Source: Candidatus Spongiisociaceae bacterium
Lineage (GTDB): Bacteria; Actinomycetota; Acidimicrobiia; Spongiisociales; Spongiisociaceae
Assembly: GCA_965262915.1 (NCBI GenBank)
Contig: OZ253564.1
Location: forward strand, 1,216,001 to 1,280,000
Reading direction: 5' to 3'
DNA: 64,000 bases
Positions 23,141 to 32,650 of the stretch are shown here, one piece after another (the first letter of the stretch is position 1; each line of letters opens with the position of its first letter). A model generated the notes under the pieces. That model did no database searches. It was not told where the DNA came from and saw nothing but the letters and a program-made list of their open reading frames with translations. The translations under genes and the position numbers were made by a program.

Positions 23141-24331
23141 GTGAAACGTCCACGAATCCTATCAGCCGCGTTCGTGCGCACCGTCACCCAACCGGGCCGC
23201 TACGGCGACGGACGCGGCGGCTACGGCCTCAGCCTCCTGGTAAAACCAACCGCGAACGGGCGGCTATCCAAAACGTGGAGCCAAAGGGTCAGATTCCACG
23301 GACGGGTCACCAACATCGGCCTAGGCCCATATCCGATCGTCACTTTGGCCGAAGCCCGAAAAAAAGCCGTCGCCAACCGGCGGACGATCGAAGCGGGACT
23401 CGACCCCCGAGGCAGCCGCGTACCCAGCTTCTCCCAAGCCACCGAAAAGGTCATAGCTATACACGCCGCCGGGTGGAAACCAGGCGGCAAGTCAGAGAAG
23501 CAATGGCGGTCGTCGCTTAGCACCTACGCCTACCCGCGTCTGGGACGCCGACCAGTGGATCGGATCACCACCGCCGATGTGATGGCCTGTCTGCTTCCGA
23601 TCTGGCACACCCGCCCCGAGACCGCAAGACGGGTAAGACAGCGCATCGGCGCGGTCATGCGCTGGGCCATCGCGCAGGGATACCGGACGGACAACCCAGC
23701 CGGGGACGCCATCGGTGCCGCGCTTCCCACCAACATGGGACGACGCCGACACCACCCGGCGCTGCCCCACACCGACGTGGCGGCCAGCCTCGCCACCATC
23801 CGAGCCTCCGCCGCGTATCCGACCACCATCTTGGCGTTCGAGTTCCTAATACTCACAGCTTGCCGCTCCGGCGAGATAAGAGGCACCCGATGGGACGAGA
23901 TCAACCTGGACGAAGCCACCTGGACGATCCCCGCCACCCGGATGAAAACCGCCCGCCAACACCGCGTGCCCCTCCCCACCCGCGCTGTCGAACTGTTGAC
24001 AGAAGCGCAGCGGTTTCGGGACCGCAGCGGCCTCGTGTTCCCATCAGCCACCGGACGGGAACTATCCGACGCGACCCTCTCCAAACTAATGCGAGAACAC
24101 AACATCCCCGCCGTACCCCACGGATACCGCTCCAGCTTCAGGGACTGGGCAGCCGAGCTAACCGACACACCCCGACAAATCTGCGAACTCGCACTCGCCC
24201 ACGTCAACAACGACCGAGTCGAAGCCGCCTACCAACGAAGCGACCTCTTCGACCGACGCCGCCAACTCATGCAACACTGGGCCGACTACCTACACAACCA
24301 GGCACCTTCTTCTGCGCGACTACCAAACTGA
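23141..24331 (+). CDS. Tyrosine recombinase/integrase with arm-DNA-binding domain (P4/IntA-like)
   Basis: GRYGDG.GLSL, GLGPYP.VTLAEAR, catalytic R (ACRSGE), K (RMKT), HGYR, LAH, AY; RBS GAGGAG; GTGATAACC twice upstream. Confidence 0.93.
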   Translation: MKRPRILSAAFVRTVTQPGRYGDGRGGYGLSLLVKPTANGRLSKTWSQRVRFHGRVTNIGLGPYPIVTLAEARKKAVANRRTIEAGLDPRGSRVPSFSQATEKVIAIHAAGWKPGGKSEKQWRSSLSTYAYPRLGRRPVDRITTADVMACLLPIWHTRPETARRVRQRIGAVMRWAIAQGYRTDNPAGDAIGAALPTNMGRRRHHPALPHTDVAASLATIRASAAYPTTILAFEFLILTACRSGEIRGTRWDEINLDEATWTIPATRMKTARQHRVPLPTRAVELLTEAQRFRDRSGLVFPSATGRELSDATLSKLMREHNIPAVPHGYRSSFRDWAAELTDTPRQICELALAHVNNDRVEAAYQRSDLFDRRRQLMQHWADYLHNQAPSSARLPN

Positions 24332-25059
24332 CCTGATAGGACTAGCCAGCCGGCTATACCCACCTGGGATTAGTGAGGATGGCTCTTGTTGATATGTGTT
24401 TGCGGTGTTTAGCAGGGATGAGGCGATCGAGAAATCGCTTGATCGTGGTGTCCGTCGTTAGGTGGACAGGAGGTGACGTGCGTAGTTCCGTATTTGAGCG
24501 GAGGGGTGTTGCAGGAGAAACGTCGCGATCTTCTCACGAAGCGGTTCTCACCACACCGGACCAGACCATTGCTGCCAACGAGCTTCCAACGCCGCAGCGT
24601 AACGAGAGTCGGCCTTCTCATTCACCGGGGATATGGAGACAAGCGACGGATAGCAGCCCGATGCCGCTTCCGACGGGAACGGTTTCGTACTTGCTCTCGA
24701 CGACGATGACCTCCGCCGACTCGTCGCTGAACGGCGGCAGACAGATTTCCTCGAGTTCAGGTCCCTACGGAAACACTTCAGTGACCTTCTGTAGAGGGAG
24801 TGCTGAGGTTATGTCAATTCGGCTGTGGGCAACCGGTTCGCCGTGGATGAAACCTTGGCGCCGCGGGAGTCCGGCCTCTACAGCCTCCCGTAGGAGGCGA
24901 GCGTGTCAAGATCCCGCTGCAAGCGGTCGGTGTGCCCAAGCGCATCTACTGCTAAAGGTTAGGCGCTGTTTTGCCCTGGGCATGACCACCAACACCCGCG
25001 TGGCCAGACAGGGCCAGACTCTCATGGCCTAAAGGGTATAAGCGGGCCAGCTACGGTTC

Positions 25060-25251
25060 CGCCAGATCGTCGAATCGATCTACCAGACCCTCAAATCCCA
25101 ACCCGTCTCGAAACGTCACGGAGGCCGCACCCCACCAGGCGTCTCCGTCCGCGTGCTGCAACCCATACTTGCCCTCACCACCGCCACCTGGCACAACCAG
25201 ACCACCCAACGAGCAGGCCCAGCCCGCTCCCTCATCGCATACGACCACTGA
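25060..25251 (+). mobile_element. IS982-family transposase 3' remnant
   Basis: RQIVESIYQTLKSQ...RHGGRT...LALT.A.WHN...RSLIAYDH*. Confidence 0.75.
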
Positions 25252-25699
25252 CCTTGGAGGCCCTGCGCCGGAAACGTGGGTTGGGTGGGGTGGTTGCCGT
25301 GGGCGGCGGCGGACAGTTCGCATCGTCTGTACCCGAAGGGCTGGTTGCATATGGGACCGGGCCACTTATGCGGTGTGGTCGGGATGGTGCGGTGACGTGG
25401 CAGCCCCCGTCGACGTTCGAAGGTTTGGCCGCCCGGGCAGGTCTTCGCCCTTCGACTCTGCGACGCCGCCGTGCGCATCCGGCGGGTTTGTGGAACCATC
25501 GTGGTGACCGCCTGGCGGTGGCCCGGTGGGACGATCCCTACCTCGACGCCCACCGGGAGCGGGTCCGCTACAACGATTATCGTTGTTCGGTGCCGGCCAG
25601 GTCCGGTCTTGAGAGACCACCATTACTTCGACTAGGCCAATCCGGTTAGCGGTTGAAACTGCGCCTGAATCAGACGAGATCCTCGCAGGGCACCACGCC

Positions 25700-25765
25700 G
25701 TGCGCGCCAGCAACGGCCGCATCAAGGGCACCAACACTCTGCTCCAAGTGCTGCGACGCACCGCC
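25700..25765 (+). mobile_element. ISL3-like transposase C-terminal scrap
   Basis: RASNGRIKGTNTLLQVLRR, similar to the ISL3 SNG..EG.N motif. Confidence 0.45.
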
Positions 25766-25836
25766 CGCGGCATCCCTCGTGACAATGACCCCCGACGAGT
25801 CCAACAACCCCACATCCCACATTTACGCCGAAGGGC

Positions 25837-26721
25837 CTAGAGGTAAAGGGTCCCGAGATAGTACCCGTCACCGTTAGCCAGACCCTTATCGGTCAGAAAG
25901 TCGACCGAGTAACTGGCTGAAGACACGTAAATGTGTACCAGACCATCGTCACACTCGAATACGATGTCACCAGCTGTGTTCTGAGTAATTGTGTTGTACC
26001 CGCCGTAATACTCAAGGTCAGTTGAGGGAGCCTCACCGACGATGATGATCTTGGGAGCCATATCGTCAAGCCATCCCTTCGAGACACGCCCTGACTTCCT
26101 TCCGTGGTGCGGAGCAAACAAGAGATCCACCTGCGGTAAGTCAATTTCGTCCTCGATTGCTTCCATGAAGTCGGTTTCCAGATCACCCATCCACAAGGCT
26201 TTCACGCCGCCGTTCAGCCTGTACCTGACGATAGGCGAGATGTTGTTTGGGCTCTCGCCTTGCTTGGCGCGTTCCAGAGCGTCCTTGAATTCCTGACTGG
26301 TCGTATCTGGCCAGAGGATGTTGATGCCCGCACACTCGCGTTCGTCACTGCTCACGTTCATCCATCGTCGTCGGCATCCCTTATAGATATAGAATGCCTT
26401 GGTCGCGTGATCGCGAAGCTGGCAATACCGCTTGAAGTCAGAAGTTTCGGTCTCCTTCGTTGCCGCATTCTTCACGCAGTAGAAGTTCAGGATTTCCATC
26501 CGGTCGTCCAAGTAGAGAAGGCCTCCGATGTGATCTTGGTCAGGATGAGTAGAGATGAACCGGGTGATATTCTTCCCGTTACGTTCACTTTCAAGTTCAT
26601 CCACGATGCGCTCCCGGTTGGCATCCGATAGCGAACAATCGATCATCGTGAAGTTGTCCGAGTTATGACGAATGTAGAACATGTCCCCGTTGCCGACGGA
26701 GAGAGACTTGATCTTGCTCAC
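25837..26721 (-). CDS. Metallo-beta-lactamase-fold hydrolase (ComEC/Rec2-like domain, no membrane part)
   Basis: LSVGNGD, IDC, THPDQDH (HxDxDH), NNIS, MGD, APHHG; GTG start overlaps upstream TGA. Confidence 0.85.
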   Translation of the reverse strand: MSKIKSLSVGNGDMFYIRHNSDNFTMIDCSLSDANRERIVDELESERNGKNITRFISTHPDQDHIGGLLYLDDRMEILNFYCVKNAATKETETSDFKRYCQLRDHATKAFYIYKGCRRRWMNVSSDERECAGINILWPDTTSQEFKDALERAKQGESPNNISPIVRYRLNGGVKALWMGDLETDFMEAIEDEIDLPQVDLLFAPHHGRKSGRVSKGWLDDMAPKIIIVGEAPSTDLEYYGGYNTITQNTAGDIVFECDDGLVHIYVSSASYSVDFLTDKGLANGDGYYLGTLYL

Positions 26722-27386
26722 TTGTTGAGCTCTGCGTAGGTGGTATAGAGTTCGACGGAATACTGTCTGTAGAACTTCAAGTACCGAAGGTACATAGCCA
26801 CCCCGACAAAAACCGCCAGCAGAGCCCCTGGCCACAGCACGGCCGGCTCGACTCGATGATCGACGACAATCGCTACTCCAATCAGGGCAGCGCTGATTAA
26901 TGCAGCCATCGAGGTGTTCCGGCCAAAGCCGTAGAGATTCAGGAAAGTCGCTAACCGCTCCCGAGGATATTCATCCCACCGGACCACGCCGAAGCAGTGG
27001 TAGAAGAGCGCCTCTCCGGGCACCTCGATTCCCGCTCTGTCTTTGGCATTTGTCAGCACGCGTTTGGCTGTCGCTGGCGGAAGAGGCTTGTGGTACTCAT
27101 TGAGAACCCGACGCCAGCCCGAAGGCGGGCACTCCTGGAAGAGCCAAGAGGTTGGCGTTCCGATTAGTCCCCTAGTCAATCTACGTTCCAGCAGGAAGCT
27201 AGAAACTGACGCGACGATGTGCCCGATCAGATAAGCGGCAATGACCAACACCAGACCCTGGCTGGCGTTCAAATCCAAGCGGAACGCCTCGACACCCTGA
27301 TACGCAAACCAGACTCCAGCCAGAGTGATCGTGCCCGAGCCGAGATACCCAAAAAAGTCGTAGACCGAAAACGGAATCTTGCCCAT
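26718..27386 (-). CDS. Four-TM membrane protein of unknown function
   Basis: MGKIPFSVYDFFGYL...AYLIGH; two N-terminal and two C-terminal hydrophobic helices; RBS GAGGA. Confidence 0.75.
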   Translation of the reverse strand: MGKIPFSVYDFFGYLGSGTITLAGVWFAYQGVEAFRLDLNASQGLVLVIAAYLIGHIVASVSSFLLERRLTRGLIGTPTSWLFQECPPSGWRRVLNEYHKPLPPATAKRVLTNAKDRAGIEVPGEALFYHCFGVVRWDEYPRERLATFLNLYGFGRNTSMAALISAALIGVAIVVDHRVEPAVLWPGALLAVFVGVAMYLRYLKFYRQYSVELYTTYAELNK

Positions 27387-27514
27387 CGTGTCCTCATGAT
27401 ACGGGCCTTCCGCCTCGGAGGAGGGCAACACCTGGGAGTGAACGGGGCCGACCGCGCACGCGGCGGTCGAACTGGCTGAAGACCGTTTCGGCTTACGGCT
27501 TCGACCGTCATGGG

Positions 27515-27755
27515 GTGGGGTGGCATCGGATCATGGGCCTGGTGAGAGTCCACTCGGCTGTGGTGGCGCAGCGTCGCCGGACCCGGCCGTGTCGTGTGCT
27601 GTTGGTGGACGAGACTTCGATCCGGCGCCGGCGCCGGTATGTGACCGTGGTGGCCTGTGGTGACAGCGGCAAGGTGTTGGCGATGATCCCGGGTCGTACG
27701 AAAGCGTCTTTGGCCAGGTTCTTCAGAGATCAGGGACTCCGGTGGTGCCGCCGGG
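27515..27755 (+). mobile_element. ISL3-family transposase internal remnant
   Basis: LLVDETSIRRRRRYVTVV...VLAMIPGRTKASLARFF. Confidence 0.7.
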
Positions 27756-28018
27756 CGCCTCGCTGGCCAATGGCAGGACAGCAGGCGAGGGGCGTGGTCC
27801 GGGCGGGGCTTTCATTCCAGGACGCTGTCGGGGCTTGGCTAGCCGCGAACGTGGCAGCGGGGAAGATACGAGCTGATGGGAGGAACTACTTCGGTTTGGA
27901 ACTCTTAGGTGGTTTAGCAGCTCCCGGGCCCGGGCCTTTCGGTAGCTTCGACACCGAAATCGACTTATCTGTCGTGTACCCGCCACGCTTGTGTGTTCCC
28001 GCTCGCCCCCTTCTCCCT

Positions 28019-28678
28019 TTACTTTTCATTGGTTTCTTCCTCCGACGCTGCTTCGGTGAACTCTAGATACTCGATCTCCTCCCATCTTAGAAGAAGGCCA
28101 GAATTCTGTATTTCTGGATTGCCAGCATCGTCAGTGAGTATCTCTCCGGTGTGAGGATCGAGGCGAAGGGTTGCGGCCAGATAGAGATCCGGTGCCTCAG
28201 GGTATCCTGCAGCATACGGTCGGCGCTCGTCGACCTCGCCGAAAACACCGCCTATCCAGGTGCCAGACTTCAGCTTGCAACGAATCCCGCCGGCGGGTCG
28301 ATCTTGGAACAGATGATCCCAAGCGCGCGGTGCCCTGTCTCTCCCGCTTACAAGCCGTGCCCACGGCCAGTTTGCCTTCCACCCGAACCCCAGTACGCCT
28401 CCCGCGACCAACGGCACGATGGTGTAGAGGATAGGGACCGTCCAGAACCACAGGGGCAAGGCCTGCCAGTTAGCGACGCTGTCCCAATAGTTCGCGTAGA
28501 GCCAGTAGAGGGGCCCAGCGATAATCGACAACAGGACTGCCGATCCTCCCACGAATCTCAGGGCACGGTCCTGCAATCCGATTCCGAACCGACCCGCCCA
28601 TCGCTCAAAACTCCAAACAAACAGAGCACCTGGAAGAAGGGCTATGAGAACGAGGGTGGCTGCGCCCAAACCTGTCAT
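28019..28678 (-). CDS. DUF6338-like membrane protein
   Basis: LLPGA, PRAWDHLF, LKSGTWIGG, PEAPDLYL, GLLLRWEEIEYLEF. Confidence 0.7.
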   Translation of the reverse strand: MTGLGAATLVLIALLPGALFVWSFERWAGRFGIGLQDRALRFVGGSAVLLSIIAGPLYWLYANYWDSVANWQALPLWFWTVPILYTIVPLVAGGVLGFGWKANWPWARLVSGRDRAPRAWDHLFQDRPAGGIRCKLKSGTWIGGVFGEVDERRPYAAGYPEAPDLYLAATLRLDPHTGEILTDDAGNPEIQNSGLLLRWEEIEYLEFTEAASEEETNEK

Positions 28679-28799
28679 GTCGTCCACATTGTCTACTCGA
28701 ACATCCTCTCTCCCATCGCCCATCGGGGTGTGACCCTCTCGAGGGAGGCGGCCAAGGTCGCAGAACTGAGCCGCCTGACATGGTTATCAGGCGCCCATC

Positions 28800-29060
28800 A
28801 ATCTACCTGGCCCCGGCCTCGGCGACGTTTGAGACGACCCGCAGAGGCTACGAACAGCTCGTGGCCTGGGCAGACCACTATACCGTCGCCCCAGCACGGG
28901 CCCGGGCCGTAGAAGGTGCCAGCAGCCTGCGGAGCCGGGGTGTGCTTCCACCTGTTGGCTGCGGCTGAGCAGGTGGTGAGTGTTCAGCCATCCCCGCTTG
29001 CGACAACCGGTGACGGTGCCAACATCGACGCTCTCGACGCTAGACGGGCCGCCCGGGAAT
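28800..29060 (+). mobile_element. IS110-family transposase 5' remnant
   Basis: FETTRRGYEQLVAW...AVEGASS and degenerate IDALDA. Confidence 0.55.
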
Positions 29061-29089
29061 CGCTCGGACGCCAATAGCAGGCATACCCC

Positions 29090-29320
29090 GCTCCCGGCGG
29101 TGTCCCTCGAAGCACGCCACGACAAACGCCCCCAACTGGGGGACCTGCGCGAGTCCGGAGCTATCTAACAAGACGCCGTGGTGCCGATGATCTACCGAGA
29201 CGACTACTACAACCCCGACACATGGGAACTTGGCATCGCCGAGATCAACATCGCCAAACAACGGGCCGGACCCACCGGCGTCGCAAAAGCCACCTTCACC
29301 CCCAAGATACGCCCGCTTCG
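29090..29320 (+). pseudogene. dnaB: Replicative helicase DnaB C-terminal remnant
   Basis: DKRPQLGDLRESGAI*QDA...IYRDDYYN...AEINIAKQRAGPTG. Confidence 0.8.
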
Positions 29321-29552
29321 ACAACCTACCCCACCGGCTACACCAACACCCTCGGCCGATGACCCCACAGAAGGGGCACCGAGCGTTGGGGCGGGTAAGG
29401 GTCCGGGATGGGTGTGCGAGCTCTCTCAGCCGCCACGCCGGGTGGGGGGCCACCCCCAGGGCGGCATCCCCCCAGCGTCGGGCCAACCGGCTGCGACGTG
29501 ACCGTCAACGGGCCTTTGGGGGTCATCGGTGCTAACTGCACCGCCCCAGTAC

Positions 29553-29849
29553 TTAAACCGAGGCGGGGGCGGGCAGGTTGTCTACGAACTTGTGGAGGTC
29601 ACCGCATGCCACCTCTGGCGGGATGGCCTCTCTGGCTTTGACCAGTTCCTGGCAGGCCCGCCTGACAGATTCCTCGACGGTGTTGGTGTGCCACCACCAA
29701 CCTCCCTTAACGGTCGAGACCCGGTACACGCTAGGAGCCCCGCTGTTCAATGTGATTGTGACAGTGTTGATCTTGTCAGACACTTTGAGAGCGCAGGCGT
29801 CCGCGTCGTCGACCTCGAACCGTTCCCCGTTGTAGACGTACTCTTTCAT
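29553..29849 (-). CDS. Hypothetical protein, 98 aa
   Basis: MKEYVYNGERFEVDD...GGWWWHTNT...; ATGA overlap with upstream peptide. Confidence 0.6.
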   Translation of the reverse strand: MKEYVYNGERFEVDDADACALKVSDKINTVTITLNSGAPSVYRVSTVKGGWWWHTNTVEESVRRACQELVKAREAIPPEVACGDLHKFVDNLPAPASV

Positions 29850-29983
29850 GGTCGACGGATCCGACGAGCCGTGACGGTGACGGTACGCTTCACTCGGATT
29901 GGAATGGTGCGCGTCCCGCCGCCGGGGTGCCGCACACGGACTCGTTGGGTGCCGGTGCGGGTTATCGTGCGCCGCGTTGTCAT
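29846..29983 (-). CDS. Small Arg/Thr-rich basic peptide, 45 aa
   Basis: MTTRRTITRTGTQRVRVRHPGGGTRTIPIRVKRTVTVTARRIRRP; TAATG coupling and AAGAGG RBS. Confidence 0.5.
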   Translation of the reverse strand: MTTRRTITRTGTQRVRVRHPGGGTRTIPIRVKRTVTVTARRIRRP

Positions 29984-30090
29984 TACTTGCCTCTTTTCTT
30001 GCCGGTGTCCGAGCGCTTCTTGCGCCACGAGCCGTCCTTGTTTCTTGATCGGGGCTGTTTACCGCCCCCGGGTGATGGAACATGTGGCAC
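29983..30090 (-). CDS. Small Lys/Arg-rich peptide, 35 aa
   Basis: MPHVPSPGGGKQPRSRNKDGSWRKKRSDTGKKRGK*; stop overlaps next ATG. Confidence 0.45.
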   Translation of the reverse strand: MPHVPSPGGGKQPRSRNKDGSWRKKRSDTGKKRGK

Positions 30091-30320
30091 TCGGCCAGCT
30101 CGTCTATCAGCCATAACCTGGAAACCTCCTCTAGTTCATGCTCGGCCCGATTTTCGGGCCTTATGCGCTCTTCCTTTCCCAATAGAAACCCGCACCGGCC
30201 CGAAACCCTGTTAGCCTCGGTGTATGACCGGGACGGGTGCAGTCATCTTACTACACCTAATCGGTATACTGGATCAACACCACGATGTAGGTACATCGGT
30301 GGACAAGCGGTGGAGTCAGG

Positions 30321-30599
30321 GTGCGTGTGGAATTCACTCACGAGGAGCTAGCCGAGGCCTGCAACTCGCTCGAGGGTTTGCAGCGCAGGTACGGCAAGCC
30401 CGCCACCGCAGTCAAGCTCGCCCTCTCGACGCTCCAAGCTGCAGAGGGTTCGCTAGATGCACTCCCCAACGTGAGCAGCGGAGGAGGTACCACAGTGATA
30501 CGAACATCAACCGCAGATGTCGTGCTTGACCTAGCAGTCGGGAACGGCACGGCCACGATTTCCGGCATTTCCACCCGACCGTTCAACGGTCGGGGGTGA
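30321..30599 (+). CDS. HigB-like (killer-suppression type) toxin, possibly degenerate
   Basis: MRVEF..EEL...C......RRYG N-terminus; lies before and GTGA-coupled to the HigA-like gene. Confidence 0.55.
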   Translation: MRVEFTHEELAEACNSLEGLQRRYGKPATAVKLALSTLQAAEGSLDALPNVSSGGGTTVIRTSTADVVLDLAVGNGTATISGISTRPFNGRG

Positions 30600-31798
30600 C
30601 GCGTGAGGCTCGGGTTCGCTACGAACCCGACTACACAACATCACCCGGCGAACACCTATTGGACGCGTTGCGCCAACTCGGCATCTCCCAGGCGGAGCTC
30701 GGCGCCCGCACCGGGCTAAGCGCCAAGCACATCAACCAGATCATCAAGGAGGCTGCCACCCTCACCCCGGATACGGCGATACAGCTCGATCTGGCCACGG
30801 GTACTCCCGCCCGCCAGTGGCTGACCTATGAAGCTAACTATCGTGCACAACTAGTGACAGCTGCTGTCCACTCGAAACTCTCCGAGTGGCGCGCATGGTT
30901 ATCTCGCTTCGAGGTTCGAGAACTGTACGAGCGGGGCATTCTCAAGGCGTCGGATACAAATGACGAGCACGTGTTGGCGATGCTGCGGTTCTTCGGCATC
31001 GCGGACCCTTCCGGATGGACAAGGGTATGGGAGCCTCGCTTCACCTCCTTCAGGCGGTCCCCTGCCTTCCAACCGCACCAGAGTGCAACCACCGTGTGGT
31101 TACGGATCGGTCAGCTAAAAGCGATGGAGACACGAACAGCAAGGTATGACGCTCAACGTTTGCGATGTCTCTTGCCAGATCTTCGGCGACTTACACGAAC
31201 CGACCCGGATGACTTTCTGTGTGAACTACCCAAATTGCTGGCATCGGTCGGTGTTGCTGTGGTGTACGCGGCCGAGTTCACAGGATGCCGAGCCTCAGGG
31301 GCAACCTGGTGGGCGTCGCCGACGAAGCCGGTCATCCTCCTGTCAAACCGCGGGAAACGAGAGGATCGCTTCTGGTTCTCCTGCTTCCATGAAATCGGAC
31401 ATGTGCTCCTCCACGCCAAGCGAAACACTTTCCTTGACCAGCAACGTAGCGACGAAGAGGGCGGACTCCCCTGGCGTCCTCCCGATCTTGTTGGGATGCC
31501 CTACGCGGAGGACGCACCGATCAGCGAGAACAACAGTTGGCTTGAACGAGAAGCTGACAAGTTCGCGGCCGATGTGCTCGTGCCGCCTCAGGACGCTCAA
31601 CACCTAGAAGGAATACGCAACTACCAGGACCAGGACATAGAGCGAGTTGCACTTATTCTCGGGATATCTCCCGGGATTGTCGCGGGTCGATGGCAGCACG
31701 ACAACAAGAACTTCACACAATTCAACCGGCATCGCAGACGTCTACCCGAAGACCCGTTCCGAGACCCGCCGCCGTTGCTGAACCAGCAAGCAACATGA
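30596..31798 (+). CDS. HigA-type HTH fused to ImmA/IrrE metallopeptidase
   Basis: PGEHL...ISQAELGARTGLSAKHINQII; FWFSCFHEIGH (HExxH); EREADKFA. Confidence 0.88.
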   Translation: MTREARVRYEPDYTTSPGEHLLDALRQLGISQAELGARTGLSAKHINQIIKEAATLTPDTAIQLDLATGTPARQWLTYEANYRAQLVTAAVHSKLSEWRAWLSRFEVRELYERGILKASDTNDEHVLAMLRFFGIADPSGWTRVWEPRFTSFRRSPAFQPHQSATTVWLRIGQLKAMETRTARYDAQRLRCLLPDLRRLTRTDPDDFLCELPKLLASVGVAVVYAAEFTGCRASGATWWASPTKPVILLSNRGKREDRFWFSCFHEIGHVLLHAKRNTFLDQQRSDEEGGLPWRPPDLVGMPYAEDAPISENNSWLEREADKFAADVLVPPQDAQHLEGIRNYQDQDIERVALILGISPGIVAGRWQHDNKNFTQFNRHRRRLPEDPFRDPPPLLNQQAT

Positions 31799-32650
31799 AC
31801 ATGCCCTCCCAAGCTCTCCACGAAGGGGCACAGCATCTCGGCATTGGCGTTACTGGCCCGGTGACTCCCAAGTAGCACAGGATTACCTGGCCGCCCGCAG
31901 CGTCCTCGCCGCCATCATCAACACCTCCACTGCCCGGTGACTACACCACCCGCCCCCGCGTCAAGCCGTTGTGATGGCGATCACTGAGGGATGCGAGCGG
32001 TGTCGGCCTCTTGGTTATCTCGGCGGCGGCCCGGGGGGTCTGGTACACCCCCTTGGGCTTGTATGGAAGATCTGGTTCGTCCCCGCGCTGTTCGCTGGCC
32101 CGGCTCTCCTACTAATAGCCGCCTTCCCCGCGTGGGGCGTGCGTCTTTCGCTGATGAATTCATTGCGAAGCTTGTTAAGGAACTTGGTGTAGTACAGTTT
32201 TTCGGTAGATTCCGTTTTAGGGGCCTTTCACGATTCGCAGCTACGACGATTGATCGGTCGTAGCACAACGCCTTTCAGTTATGTCACGGTAATGTGAAAG
32301 TGGCTCATCGGAGTTCAGTGGGGAGTGATGTTGACGATCCCAATAGGTCCCTGGTGGGGATGGCGCAACTCCCCATGCCCTTACCCGCTGGGGGCTGGCG
32401 GCGTGTTCAGTGATTGCTGGCTCTACGCCAGCTAAGGGGGGGGGGGTCGGCCAATGCCGGTCACCACTTGCAGAACTACGGGTCATCGACTAAGAACAGC
32501 TCGAAGCCTCCCTGGCCCGCCACCCGCCACCCGATCCCATCCAGCAGCCAGACCACGAGGTTTCAGTTGTGAAGGCACGAAGCTCTTCGCATGAGTGTGG
32601 AAACGACGGCGACCTCCCCGAGTAGTGGAAGGGCAGACTGTAAGCCGTGG

